A DNA stretch of 29,806 bases from Pseudomonadota bacterium (GCA_043818055.1 JBDRGF010000131.1:1-29806), one strand, 5' to 3'; positions 18,478 to 28,175 are shown, numbered from the stretch's first letter. Notes: a model not told the origin generated them from the sequence alone. Made by a program: numbers and translations.

Positions 18478-19418
18478 ACAGAATAAATATTTTCATCCTA
18501 AGTGCAATTTTCACAGCAGCACTTCTGGTCGCGACTGATGCTGAATGCAACAAGGCTAAACAGAAATATAACGTGGTCGATAAAATTGCGGCGGTCGTAA
18601 ATGATGACATCATAACACAATCTGAAGTTGATGAGACAGTCAGTCAGAACAAAAAGGTCACCCAGAGAGAGGCACTTGAAAAACTGATCGACGAGAAGCT
18701 CTTAAAACAGGCCGTTGAAAAATCAGATGTCGCGGTCAAAGATGATGAGCTTCAGAATACGATCGCCAATATAATGAGAAGGCAGGGAATATCCTTTGAA
18801 CAGATGAAAGAGGAGCTGAGACAAAAGGGTTTGAGCTACGAGGAGTATAAAGATCAGATAAGAGAAGAGATAAAGAGCGTAAAATTCGTACAGGAGAGGA
18901 TTTCGCCTCTCGTCTCCATCACTGAAAGGGATTTGCAGGATTTTTACAACCAACACCCTGAACGCTTTCAGAAATCTTATAAAGCTCATATAGCCAGGAT
19001 TCTTTTTACGATTCCAAAAAATCTCACTCAGGAGGGGATGGATATCATAGTTTCCACCGCTGAAGATGTTTCAAGGATGGCAAAGAAGGGTGATTCGTTT
19101 GCAAGCCTTGCCAAAAAATATTCGAAGGGGGCTGAAGCTGCGAAGGGTGGCGACATGGGGATGATTGAGGTAAAAGATTTACCGCCTCCACTGCCGGATG
19201 CCATACCTCAGCTTTCTCCGGGTGATGTCTCTCAACCAATCTACACCCAGGAGGGGATATTTATTATAAAGCTGATCAGCTTTGGCAAGATGACCTCTGA
19301 CGCCTTTGAAAAGATCCGCGAGAAAATTTACGAGCAGCTCTTTGATCAAAGGGTGAGCGAAGAAATAACCAACTTCGTTCAAAAAGAGAAAAAGAAATCA
19401 TATATAGAGATCCGGTAA
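18465..19418 (+). CDS. surA: SurA-like periplasmic chaperone/PPIase
   Basis: Signal peptide, VDKIAAVVNDDIITQSE, FASLAKKYS and GGDMG; precedes pdxA. Confidence 0.9.
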   Translation: MSHLNRINIFILSAIFTAALLVATDAECNKAKQKYNVVDKIAAVVNDDIITQSEVDETVSQNKKVTQREALEKLIDEKLLKQAVEKSDVAVKDDELQNTIANIMRRQGISFEQMKEELRQKGLSYEEYKDQIREEIKSVKFVQERISPLVSITERDLQDFYNQHPERFQKSYKAHIARILFTIPKNLTQEGMDIIVSTAEDVSRMAKKGDSFASLAKKYSKGAEAAKGGDMGMIEVKDLPPPLPDAIPQLSPGDVSQPIYTQEGIFIIKLISFGKMTSDAFEKIREKIYEQLFDQRVSEEITNFVQKEKKKSYIEIR

Positions 19419-19420
19419 TT

Positions 19421-20287
19421 ATGATAGGCATAACCATTGGTGACCCACTGGGCATAGGTCCTGAAATAGTCGAAAAAGTTCTCGACCATCTACCTCCGCA
19501 CGACAGGTCAATTCTCAAAATCTATGGGGAGAAAAAGGGGCGATGCTCCGACAAAACAGCTGCCAAAATAGCGTTAGATGCGCTGGATGCGGCGATTGAA
19601 GATGCAAAACAAAATAAAATTTTAGCAATTGTCACGGCACCGGTCAACAAAGCGAGGATGAAACTCGTCAATTCGGGCTTCGTCGGCCATACCGAATATC
19701 TCGCACAAAAAACAAAGACTAAAGATGTTACGATGCTCTTCGCACCACTTGATGCGACCCTCACACCTTTACCTCCACTTTCCATCGTCACAAGACACAT
19801 CCCATTGAAAGATGTCTCAAAGCATATCACAAAGGATGCCATTTTAAAGGCGCTCGACCAGACAAAACACTTCCTTTCGAGGTATGAGAAAAAGTTCGAT
19901 CCTAAATTAGCCATTCTGGCTTTGAATCCACACGCTGGCGACAAGGGGAGCTTTGGAGATGAAGAGATTTCCATCATCAAACCGGCGATCGATCATGCAA
20001 ATGCACATGGAATTACATGTGAAGGTCCATTTTCAAGCGATGCATTTTTTGCAAGGGAGGCATACAAAGACTTTGATGGAATAATAGCCCTGTATCACGA
20101 TCAGGGACTTATTCCGGTTAAGATATTGGGACAGGGTGAGATAGTTAATGTAACGCTGGGACTTCCATTTGTCCGCACATCCCCATCTCACGGCACCGCT
20201 GACGACATCGCGGGACAAAATAAGGCGAGCTACACCGCAATGCTAAACGCCATCAAGATGGCCGTGAAACTTTGTGATCGTGGATAG
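19421..20287 (+). CDS. pdxA: 4-hydroxythreonine-4-phosphate dehydrogenase PdxA family
   Basis: GDPLGIGPE, GHTE, NPHAG, YHDQG and RTSPSHGTA motifs. Confidence 0.93.
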   Translation: MIGITIGDPLGIGPEIVEKVLDHLPPHDRSILKIYGEKKGRCSDKTAAKIALDALDAAIEDAKQNKILAIVTAPVNKARMKLVNSGFVGHTEYLAQKTKTKDVTMLFAPLDATLTPLPPLSIVTRHIPLKDVSKHITKDAILKALDQTKHFLSRYEKKFDPKLAILALNPHAGDKGSFGDEEISIIKPAIDHANAHGITCEGPFSSDAFFAREAYKDFDGIIALYHDQGLIPVKILGQGEIVNVTLGLPFVRTSPSHGTADDIAGQNKASYTAMLNAIKMAVKLCDRG

Positions 20288-20310
20288 GTCGGGGTTTATG
20301 GATTGGTTTT

Positions 20311-20373
20311 TGTAGCCGCATGCTTTAGCTTGCGTTACTCAGTAACTATGCGCAGGCTAAAGCCTGTACATAC
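20311..20373. repeat. REP-like element TGTAGCCGCA..GCTTTAGC..GCGCAGGCTAAAGCCTG
   Basis: Palindromic, lies between convergent pdxA and mlaD; related sequence inside the MITE at 23596-23692. Confidence 0.8.
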
Positions 20374-20430
20374 GCTTTTTGCTTTTTTACCATATACCAT
20401 ATGCTATATGCCATATACGCCTTTGATTTC

Positions 20431-21369
20431 TTATTGTTCCCCATCCTTTATAACAGTATTCTCCTTCTCACGAATGGTGGCGCGGATGACGGATTTGACC
20501 ATTTTGTTGCGATTCGCCCTTCCGAGAAGGGTCCTGAGATCATTATACAACTCCGGATCCATGATGAGCTTGCCGAGTGTCCCCTCTCCCCTTCTGATAG
20601 AATCTAAAATTTCCCTTAAATCTTTTGAACTGCGCCTTAAATTTATCACCAATCCTTCGACCTCTTTCTTGTCGGCGTTCTTATCAACATCGGTGACGAT
20701 ATTCCTGACCGCTTTCATTGTGGCAGAAAGATCTTCAACAAGCCTCTCACCCTGAGGATCATAGATCAAACCATGCAAGACCCCTTTTCCCTTTTCCACC
20801 TGCTCCATCGATTTCCTCAGAGAGGAGAGAATTCCTTTCAGATCTCCCTTCTTCTCACCATCGACGCTGGTCATGAGATCAGAGAGAGAACTGGCTGCCT
20901 TACCAATATCATCCATTATTCCACCCGCCTTTTCGGCCAATTGAAATATCGCGGTACCCTCTTCAGTCGGAATCAAAGAACCGCTTTGAAGAACGGTACC
21001 TTCAGTTGATCCCATTGTTACAAAGACAAACTTGTCTCCCAAAAGCCCCTGTGTATTTACCGTTGCGATACTATCGCTTCGAATTCTGTTTTGATAATCT
21101 TTGCCGATAGTTAAGATCACCGATATAAATTCATCCTTCGGGTCGAGTGGAAATGATATCTTTGAAACCGAACCTACCTTTAAACCGGACAATAATACCG
21201 TGGCGCCATTTCTCAAACCGGAGATGTCCTTGAACTGAGCAACCAAAGAGTAATGACGTTTGAAGAGCTTATGCTCACTTCCCAACATGAAGATCACCCA
21301 CATCGCGAGCACAACGCCCACCAGCATAAAGATTCCGACTCTCAAGTCTGTAATGACAGGTCGTTTCAT
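20431..21369 (-). CDS. mlaD: MCE/MlaD family protein
   Basis: N-terminal TM helix, GLRNG..V..SGLKVGSV, TQGLLGDKFV, GEGTLGKL. Start MKRPV at 21369. Confidence 0.93.
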   Translation of the reverse strand: MKRPVITDLRVGIFMLVGVVLAMWVIFMLGSEHKLFKRHYSLVAQFKDISGLRNGATVLLSGLKVGSVSKISFPLDPKDEFISVILTIGKDYQNRIRSDSIATVNTQGLLGDKFVFVTMGSTEGTVLQSGSLIPTEEGTAIFQLAEKAGGIMDDIGKAASSLSDLMTSVDGEKKGDLKGILSSLRKSMEQVEKGKGVLHGLIYDPQGERLVEDLSATMKAVRNIVTDVDKNADKKEVEGLVINLRRSSKDLREILDSIRRGEGTLGKLIMDPELYNDLRTLLGRANRNKMVKSVIRATIREKENTVIKDGEQ

Positions 21370-21370
21370 A

Positions 21371-22123
21371 TCATTCCCCCGTTTCCATCTTTCCATTTAT
21401 AAAATCCTGTACAACGCTATCAGAAGAACTCTTCGCCTCATCGGGGGTCCCGATAAAACGAAAATTCCTGTTGTGAATGAGCGCCAGTCTATCCGATATC
21501 TCAAATGCCCTTTGCATCTCATGCGTGACGACAACTGATGTCACCTTGAATCTCTCCTGAAGATTTACTATTAAATTACATATCCTCGTTGCATTAGCCG
21601 GGTCGAGACCCGTCGTCGGCTCATCGTAAAGGATGACTTCGGGATTGGTGGCGATCGCGCGAGCAAGCCCCACCCTCTTCTTCATCCCTCCGGAAAGGTC
21701 GGAGGGCACCATATCATTTATCCCTTCCAGCCCGACAATCTTGAGTTTCTCATTCACAATTTCATCTATCTTATCTTCCGGATAGTCAAAAAATTCCCTC
21801 AGCGGGTAAGCGACATTCTCAGCTACGGTCAAGGAATCAAAAAGTGCGGCCCCCTGAAAGAGCATCCCGATCTTCTTTCGCATATTGCGCAAATCATTCC
21901 AGGGCATCTCATTCACCGGATCACCGTTGTAAAAAACATGTCCACTATCAGGCTTTATGACGCCGAGCAGAAGCTTCAAAAAGACGCTCTTCCCGATGCC
22001 AGAGCCCCCTATTATAGTAATGGTTTCACCACGACAGACACCGATGCTCACGCCATCGAGCACCTTATGCGAGTTGAAGGCCTTATACACATCCTTGAAT
22101 TTGATAAATCCGTCACAATTCAT
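21371..22123 (-). CDS. mlaF: ABC transporter ATP-binding protein, MlaF type
   Basis: GGSGIGKS, LSGGMKKRV and YDEPTTGLDP motifs. ATGA overlap with the mlaE stop supports start 22123. Confidence 0.94.
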   Translation of the reverse strand: MNCDGFIKFKDVYKAFNSHKVLDGVSIGVCRGETITIIGGSGIGKSVFLKLLLGVIKPDSGHVFYNGDPVNEMPWNDLRNMRKKIGMLFQGAALFDSLTVAENVAYPLREFFDYPEDKIDEIVNEKLKIVGLEGINDMVPSDLSGGMKKRVGLARAIATNPEVILYDEPTTGLDPANATRICNLIVNLQERFKVTSVVVTHEMQRAFEISDRLALIHNRNFRFIGTPDEAKSSSDSVVQDFINGKMETGE

Positions 22124-22932
22124 AATATAACAAGCACCAGTTTCGTCAGGAAAAAATCCGAGACGAATATTAAAATACATGAACGAACCACCGATCTGGT
22201 CGTCACCCTTCCCACACCCTCCGTTCCGCCTCTAGTGTTCAGACCTTCGTAGCAGGCGATTATCGCGATAAAAAAACCAAAGAAGACAGATTTTATAATT
22301 CCACTGTAAAAATCATCGAGAAGTACTGTATTGCGTATCTGGTCAAAATAAAATTGCGCAGTGACACCGGCCTCCTGCATCGAGATGATCATCCCCCCGA
22401 CTACACCGATGATATCCGCCATGATCGTCAAAATCGGCGCCGCGATTGTCGTAGCGAGCATCCTCGGCACAACGAGCTTCTGAACAGGATTCGCGCCCAT
22501 AGCTTCGACGGCGAGAACCTGTTCGGTCACAACCATTGAACCAATCTCCGCTGCTATACCGCTACCGACCCTGGCCGCAATCATAACACACGAAAGGACT
22601 GGAGCAAGTTCACGAAAGATGGCAAGACCTACTATCTGACCGATGTAGATCTTGAGCCCGAATCGACCCAGGCCAACCCCCAGCTGAAGCGCAAAGACAA
22701 GACCAGTGAAGAAGGCTATAAGGCCGACGATGCCAAACGATTTGTTGCCGATATAGTAGAGCTGACGCATCAATTCACGAAAGGCAAGCTTTGTACTGAA
22801 AAGAAGTTTGATGCTCTGGGCGCTCAAGAGACCGACGCCGCCGAAAACACTGCAGACGGAGACTATCTTTGTGCCGACCTGGGTTACCGATAAACCAATA
22901 GCCTCAACCTTATTTGTTAAAGTACCATTCAA
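22120..22932 (-). CDS. mlaE: ABC transporter permease, MlaE type
   Basis: RELAPV, AEIGSMVVTEQ, LVVPR and GGTEGVG motifs. Confidence 0.95.
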   Translation of the reverse strand: MNGTLTNKVEAIGLSVTQVGTKIVSVCSVFGGVGLLSAQSIKLLFSTKLAFRELMRQLYYIGNKSFGIVGLIAFFTGLVFALQLGVGLGRFGLKIYIGQIVGLAIFRELAPVLSCVMIAARVGSGIAAEIGSMVVTEQVLAVEAMGANPVQKLVVPRMLATTIAAPILTIMADIIGVVGGMIISMQEAGVTAQFYFDQIRNTVLLDDFYSGIIKSVFFGFFIAIIACYEGLNTRGGTEGVGRVTTRSVVRSCILIFVSDFFLTKLVLVIL

Positions 22933-23456
22933 AAGGAAAATCCCCCATAAAATTGTGCAAAATCAGATTTAACTTTGTCTGACAAACCATCTGAAACTAT
23001 CAAAAGAAAATTAAAGGAACACCCACCTTTTTTCACAACCACCACATTCATATAAACAGGAGCATCATCAAGCGTCCCTCTCGTCTCCAGCGAATAGGCA
23101 TCTTTTCCATCAAGAGATAGATATTTTTCTGAGATGGTGCGCCTGTTTTTAAGGGATGAGGCGAGCTCTCCAGCCAGTTGATCGAGTTTTCTCACACTAT
23201 CTCCTCTTTCACAATATCCACTGGTGCTGATCGATGCATCGAATTCACGATTAAAAAATAAAATGGCCCGTGCCCTGCTTTTCAGCTTCTTCCAGTCCTT
23301 AGACAATTCACCTACATTGTAATGAACTTTCCCCGTAAGAAAGACAGTCCCATGCCTATACCCCATCACCCTCGGCCCCGGCCCCTTGCCAAAAATGCAG
23401 CCGCTCAATAGAGCAATGCAAATAATCGCAATTACAAACTTGAATCTTTTCGTCAT
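22929..23456 (-). CDS. Hypothetical lipoprotein leading the mla operon
   Basis: MTKRFKFVIAIICIALLSGC lipoprotein signal; stop overlaps the mlaE start. Confidence 0.85.
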   Translation of the reverse strand: MTKRFKFVIAIICIALLSGCIFGKGPGPRVMGYRHGTVFLTGKVHYNVGELSKDWKKLKSRARAILFFNREFDASISTSGYCERGDSVRKLDQLAGELASSLKNRRTISEKYLSLDGKDAYSLETRGTLDDAPVYMNVVVVKKGGCSFNFLLIVSDGLSDKVKSDFAQFYGGFSF

Positions 23457-23595
23457 CAACTCCCCGCTGGAAAACGTCATAAGTTTTAAGTAAAAACTGC
23501 TTATGTCCTTACTTATCACTTAAAGCTTATAACTTAAAACTGCTTTTATGACAAGAATAGAAGAAGGAATCCTACTTGTTGTCGTCCCACACTTG

Positions 23596-23692
23596 GAGAC
23601 TGTGTCGTAATTGTCTTTTTGATGTAGCCGCCCGCGTTATAATGCGCAGGCTAAAGCCTGTGGCTACAAAATCCGAGTTGCGACACAGTCTC
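23596..23692. mobile_element. 97-bp MITE with 3-bp target duplication TTG
   Basis: IR GAGACTGTGTCG...CGACACAGTCTC, TTG at 23593-23595 and 23693-23695, internal TGTAGCC...GGCTACA REP. Confidence 0.85.
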
Positions 23693-23865
23693 TTGATCCG
23701 GGGTCCAGAAAATAACATCACTCAGCCTAGACCCCGGCTCGGAGTCCGGGGTGACATTCTACAACGCATCGGAAAGAAACTTGATAATACTCTGAATCCG
23801 GATTCCGTCGATAAACCTTTCATTTCCTGCCCCCTTTAAACCAAGAAATTGTTGGATGGATTTTG

Positions 23866-24069
23866 ATGAATGCCACAGAAAAAGTTCGAAAAAATATCAT
23901 ACGCATAAGACAGGAAAAGGGCTATACTCAGGAAAGACTTACCTATGAATCTGGCATGTCAAAAGGCCACCTCTCCGAAATCGAATCAGGCGAAAAATCA
24001 CCAACGATCCGTACCCTAGAAAAAATAGCGGATACCTTGGAAGTTCAACTCTCAAAACTTGTGTCTTAA
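23866..24069 (+). CDS. XRE-family HTH regulator
   Basis: IRQEKGYTQERL...LSEIESGEKSPTIRTLEKIADTLEV. Confidence 0.92.
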   Translation: MNATEKVRKNIIRIRQEKGYTQERLTYESGMSKGHLSEIESGEKSPTIRTLEKIADTLEVQLSKLVS

Positions 24070-24268
24070 GGCTGTACCATGTTAAGCTTTAAAAGACTTT
24101 TTCAAAATTCTATAAAAATCGGTTACAAACCGATAAACACAAGGCTTTGAGCCAATTTTTGACTACCTAATTTCACCCTACATTCCATCCCATTTCCGGC
24201 AATGATGTTGCAAAAATGTTACAAAATGTATACGAGCTTAGTCCTTATAAAAGCGTTAGGAGCATAAA

Positions 24269-25084
24269 ATGGAAGAGAAATTTAGGATTAGCTATAAATC
24301 AGAAACAACGTTGAATACGAATGTGATAGATGATCTAAAAACGTTGATAAATAGGTTTGAATTTTTGTTACAATTTCTTTCTTCAAAGGAAGACTTTGAT
24401 AAAGAAAAATTTTCACAAACATTAGAAGAAAAGTTAAACGAGAATATTACGCTAAATGACTATACTAATATTGCACTCGAAAATTTGATAAATAGTAAGC
24501 TTAAGATACTTATTAAAAAGGCTTTTTTGAGCTTATTAGAAATTAATCCTGAGCTGTTAGCTGATGAATTAACTAACTACAATGTTGTTGCTAAAAAATC
24601 ATTAAGATCAAGATTGCATCTCATGTATTATTGGGCTTCTAGTCTTGAGAACCAATTTGGTAAAGAAAAAACACTAGAGCTATTTAAGGAATATATTGAT
24701 AGAATGACTGAAAGCGGCCTGAGACCTATTAAAAAAGTTGAACACTTGTCCAAACTTGTATCTTCTTCAGAGGATTTTACAGGTGAATTTAAAGATGGAT
24801 TTGATCTAATAGCGTTTAAACTTGATGAAGGTCGTGTTGGAATGAAAATTTCACGCTGTAAATGGATTGAAGTTTTAAGTGAGATTGCAGATCCTGATTA
24901 TATGTATGCTATAGCTTGCCACTATGATTTTCTTGCGGTTACGATGATGAATCCAAATTTTGAACTTACTAGAACAACAAGCCTTGGGTCTGGTGGAAAA
25001 TGTTGTGACTTCATTTGGCATGATAAGCGATTTGACTCTCAGGTAAGGCATGAAAACGAAGATTTTTGGAAGACGATTCAGTAA
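24269..25084 (+). CDS. L-2-amino-thiazoline-4-carboxylate hydrolase (ATC_hydrolase)-like domain protein
   Basis: C-terminal RCKW...ACHYDF...LTRTTSLGSGGKCCDF pattern; SD AGGAG; visibly AT-rich. Confidence 0.8.
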   Translation: MEEKFRISYKSETTLNTNVIDDLKTLINRFEFLLQFLSSKEDFDKEKFSQTLEEKLNENITLNDYTNIALENLINSKLKILIKKAFLSLLEINPELLADELTNYNVVAKKSLRSRLHLMYYWASSLENQFGKEKTLELFKEYIDRMTESGLRPIKKVEHLSKLVSSSEDFTGEFKDGFDLIAFKLDEGRVGMKISRCKWIEVLSEIADPDYMYAIACHYDFLAVTMMNPNFELTRTTSLGSGGKCCDFIWHDKRFDSQVRHENEDFWKTIQ

Positions 25085-25397
25085 AATGTAGTAGTCGCGA
25101 CTTGATCTGACAGTCACTATGCACAACAAAACCAGAAGGGAGATAACAACTCTTCCTCGGCAAAAATAAACTTCTTAACAACCCCCTACACACCTTACAA
25201 GGTACACCGCCACGGCTGTGTGCATCGGAGTGTTTTATTTTGATACAGTTTTTGGTGTGATTTTTTTCATATCCCCCTCCCCTTCAGATCAATTTTGATG
25301 AGGGTGAAAAGGAATTTTTTATCTGATCCACGTATAACCTCCCAAATGTTATATCAAGTTATAAGCACTTATATCAATATAAGTGCAAATCACTTAA

Positions 25398-25549
25398 GGG
25401 CACCTCTAAAAACTACTTTGTTTTGTTCTTTTTGGTCGTCGTGTCATCCCCGCGAAGGCGGGGATCCAGTCTTGATAGGTATTAGCCAAATCTGGATCCC
25501 CGCCTTCGCGGGGATGACAAGCGGGAATCATAGGTTTTTAGAGGTGCCC
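25398..25549. mobile_element. MITE-like element, copy 2
   Basis: IR GGGCACCTCTAAAAAC...GTTTTTAGAGGTGCCC with internal TGTCATCCCCGCGAAGGCGGGGATCCAG...CTGGATCCCCGCCTTCGCGGGGATGACA. Confidence 0.9.
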
Positions 25550-25592
25550 TATAATCATTGATAATGTTTTTTTAAAAAAAACCCTCATATAC

Positions 25593-25621
25593 GCAACTTT
25601 ATCAGTCTCCTTAACCGATAA
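25593..25621 (+). promoter_or_regulatory. Putative sigma-28-like promoter GCAAC-N17-CCGATAA
   Basis: 7 nt before ATG 25629. Confidence 0.7.
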
Positions 25622-25628
25622 TAGAGAT

Positions 25629-28175
25629 ATGGGGACTAATATATCATCAGAAGCATTTTCTCAGCTTAAGAGATTTAGGAGCAGAGTAAAGCATACGATA
25701 CGCCATTTTAAATCTGAAAAGACACGATTTAGTGTGCCATGGTATAACCCTTTCGCAAGCTATGTCAGATGGTCTTCAGAATACGTATCAGAGACAGGTT
25801 TTTATCGTAATAAATTCAATCGCTGCCTATCTCGCGCTGAAAAAGATTTATCGCTATATAACAGATTGTTGACTGAAAAAAAGTTTGCGCATGCTGCAAA
25901 GCTGAGCCACTCAATTGCAACTCATTTACGAAGTGCATCCGCCGCCTGGAACCGTTATCACAGCGAGACCATTGATGGCGCCAAACTCATGGTTAACGGC
26001 TTGAAGGGCGTATCGATTATCAGTGCAGGCATCGTCGCTGGAGCAGCTGGTGGTTTTCTAGTTGCTGGCACAGCCATTGGGGCCAGCGCAGGTGCAATCT
26101 CCGTAGGATCTCATGCCGCTGGTTATGTTATTGCAAAGTCTCTTCCTGCTCCAAAAGTTATAATTGCTAAGCCTAAAAAGAAAATTAGTAAGATGAGAAG
26201 ATCAGTCATTGCACAGGCGAGACTCATTTTAAAAGGAGAAACAGGGAAAAAGAAAATCGATGTGGGAAAGATGGTGCTCGATCGCTATGATTTAAAAGGT
26301 TCAAAATATAAAAAAGTCGTTGATCTTGCGCATGAATCGTTAAGCTTTCATAGAGATATCATTTCTAAAAAAACAAAAGGCATTAAAAATTTTAGAATAA
26401 AAACCATTCGAACAATGCAATATCTTTATCGCCAGATGATTTTCAACTATCAGGGTAAACGGCCAGATGTAATTCGATTACACGTTAGCAAGGGAGTCAA
26501 CTGTAAAGGCAATACAAAAGGGGTTCACAGCTTTTTGACTGTCGGCAAAAGACTACCAAAAAACCATACACTCATTATTTATGAGTATAAAAAACACTGG
26601 GCTCCTGGAGTCATGGTAAAAAAAACGAATGAAGAATATGAATTTTGGGATCTGATGGAGGGAAAAAAATATAAAAAGGCACCAACACGCGTATTATATG
26701 CAAGAAAAGCTATTGCCTATGAGACACTGACTAATATGAACGAAAAACCAAACGTCTCGCGTCGATCAATTATTGCTGTAAATGCTAAAGTAACAAAATA
26801 TCCATCAAAAGCTCCCAATCAGGCGTATTTAAAATCACCATATAATGAAAATCAAAAAGACTTTATTTTGTCACAAAGACCGACTGGAATGTTGACTATA
26901 AAGCAGTCTCAGGAGAGTTCAGTTTATGATTTAAACCATATACCCTGGATTCCTTTTTCCGTATATCTAAAAATGTACAACAAAAATTTGTCAATTCAAG
27001 ATGCAAAAAAAGCTGTTTCAAGAGCTCTATTAAAAAGTGAAAGTTCATTTTTAAATGAATATATAAAGGATCCATCAAAAATAGAATATACTTTGCAGGA
27101 AAAAAATCTGATTTCAATCAAGCATAGAGGGATGGCAGTATTAGAACTTCATTTTAACAATAAAAAAAGAAAAATTGTGATAATTAGAGATGACCTTCTC
27201 AATCGAGCAAGAAATGTCAGAATGATACTGTATGCTACAGACAACAGAGGTCCAATTGCTGCGTTTTTTCAGAGTACCTTATTAAAACCATTTATTTTGA
27301 TTAGAAAACATTTAGTCGCTTTTTTAAGAGGATATGACATTGCTCGTTCTAAGGATAACTACAAACTCCTCGCTGAACTGGCATATATACTACAGGATAT
27401 TTCTACCGAAAAACCCAAAGCAAAAAAGCATTATCCATTCGTTTCTCATTTAATAAAAAAAATCGGTTTGCAGGTTAACGCATTTTTTTCATCTGTTCTT
27501 TCAAATCCAAGGCGATTTGTAGTTTTTTGCAATTCACTGAGCATAAGAAATTTCAAACAGCTACTGCATATAATTCGACGATTAAAAAAATGTGCAAACA
27601 GGAAAAATAAACAAAAATTTAATCGTATTATACAGCTTATTACATTTGGAAAACCGACTAAAAATGCGAGAATAATTCCGATCTATATTTCGAGTAGAGG
27701 CAAAACTATTAAAAGAAAAATCAAACCAATGGAAACAAAACCATCCAAACAAATTAAAAAGAAATTCTATAAAAATGGCATCTACAAGATGACTCACAAA
27801 CGATATTTGTTGATGCTTTTTGGGCTTGTATATCTCCAAAATTTATATAAATTTTGGAATCCAACACTCTCACAAATATTAATTCAGGGTAAATATTTCA
27901 GTATTCATGCCTTAAAACAGGTTTTTAAAACTATCTATCTAACACCTTATTATAAACCTGGTAACGATACTCGGAAAAAAAGAGTCAACGCCCTCCGCGC
28001 CAGTAGACAAAAAAACTTGAATGGTCCTATCTTTAAGTCGAATACGAAATCGACACTCTACTATCTGTCTCGACCTTCACTAATGAAAGATCGCTTTGCG
28101 ATGGAAATTATTGGTAAATTTTTTACACAGGTTAAAGCGAAAAGAGATTATAAAAACATCTCGTTACATAAGTAA
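25629..28175 (+). CDS. Large basic hypothetical protein with a Gly/Ala-rich hydrophobic segment and a possible transglutaminase/papain-like domain
   Basis: 848-aa ORF; SIISAGIVAGAAGGFLVAGTAIGASAGAISVG; GVNC...KHWAPG...FWDL. Confidence 0.8.
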   Translation: MGTNISSEAFSQLKRFRSRVKHTIRHFKSEKTRFSVPWYNPFASYVRWSSEYVSETGFYRNKFNRCLSRAEKDLSLYNRLLTEKKFAHAAKLSHSIATHLRSASAAWNRYHSETIDGAKLMVNGLKGVSIISAGIVAGAAGGFLVAGTAIGASAGAISVGSHAAGYVIAKSLPAPKVIIAKPKKKISKMRRSVIAQARLILKGETGKKKIDVGKMVLDRYDLKGSKYKKVVDLAHESLSFHRDIISKKTKGIKNFRIKTIRTMQYLYRQMIFNYQGKRPDVIRLHVSKGVNCKGNTKGVHSFLTVGKRLPKNHTLIIYEYKKHWAPGVMVKKTNEEYEFWDLMEGKKYKKAPTRVLYARKAIAYETLTNMNEKPNVSRRSIIAVNAKVTKYPSKAPNQAYLKSPYNENQKDFILSQRPTGMLTIKQSQESSVYDLNHIPWIPFSVYLKMYNKNLSIQDAKKAVSRALLKSESSFLNEYIKDPSKIEYTLQEKNLISIKHRGMAVLELHFNNKKRKIVIIRDDLLNRARNVRMILYATDNRGPIAAFFQSTLLKPFILIRKHLVAFLRGYDIARSKDNYKLLAELAYILQDISTEKPKAKKHYPFVSHLIKKIGLQVNAFFSSVLSNPRRFVVFCNSLSIRNFKQLLHIIRRLKKCANRKNKQKFNRIIQLITFGKPTKNARIIPIYISSRGKTIKRKIKPMETKPSKQIKKKFYKNGIYKMTHKRYLLMLFGLVYLQNLYKFWNPTLSQILIQGKYFSIHALKQVFKTIYLTPYYKPGNDTRKKRVNALRASRQKNLNGPIFKSNTKSTLYYLSRPSLMKDRFAMEIIGKFFTQVKAKRDYKNISLHK

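Noticed and set aside
20172..20200. PdxA RTSPSHGT instead of the usual RTSxDHGT
   Set aside because: A single substitution with the metal-binding histidines intact; not enough to infer a changed function.
874..22539. Numerous antisense or overlapping ORFs inside long genes
   Set aside because: Shadows of well-supported genes, with no recognisable motifs.
24103..24136. CCGATAA as a sixth promoter copy
   Set aside because: No GCAAC at 15-17 nt spacing and no ORF start immediately downstream; a half site at best.
25235..25386. Minus-strand SD + ATG (MKKITPKTVSK*) and palindrome GCACTTATA..TATAAGTGC
   Set aside because: Only 11 codons and no recognisable continuation; function cannot be supported.
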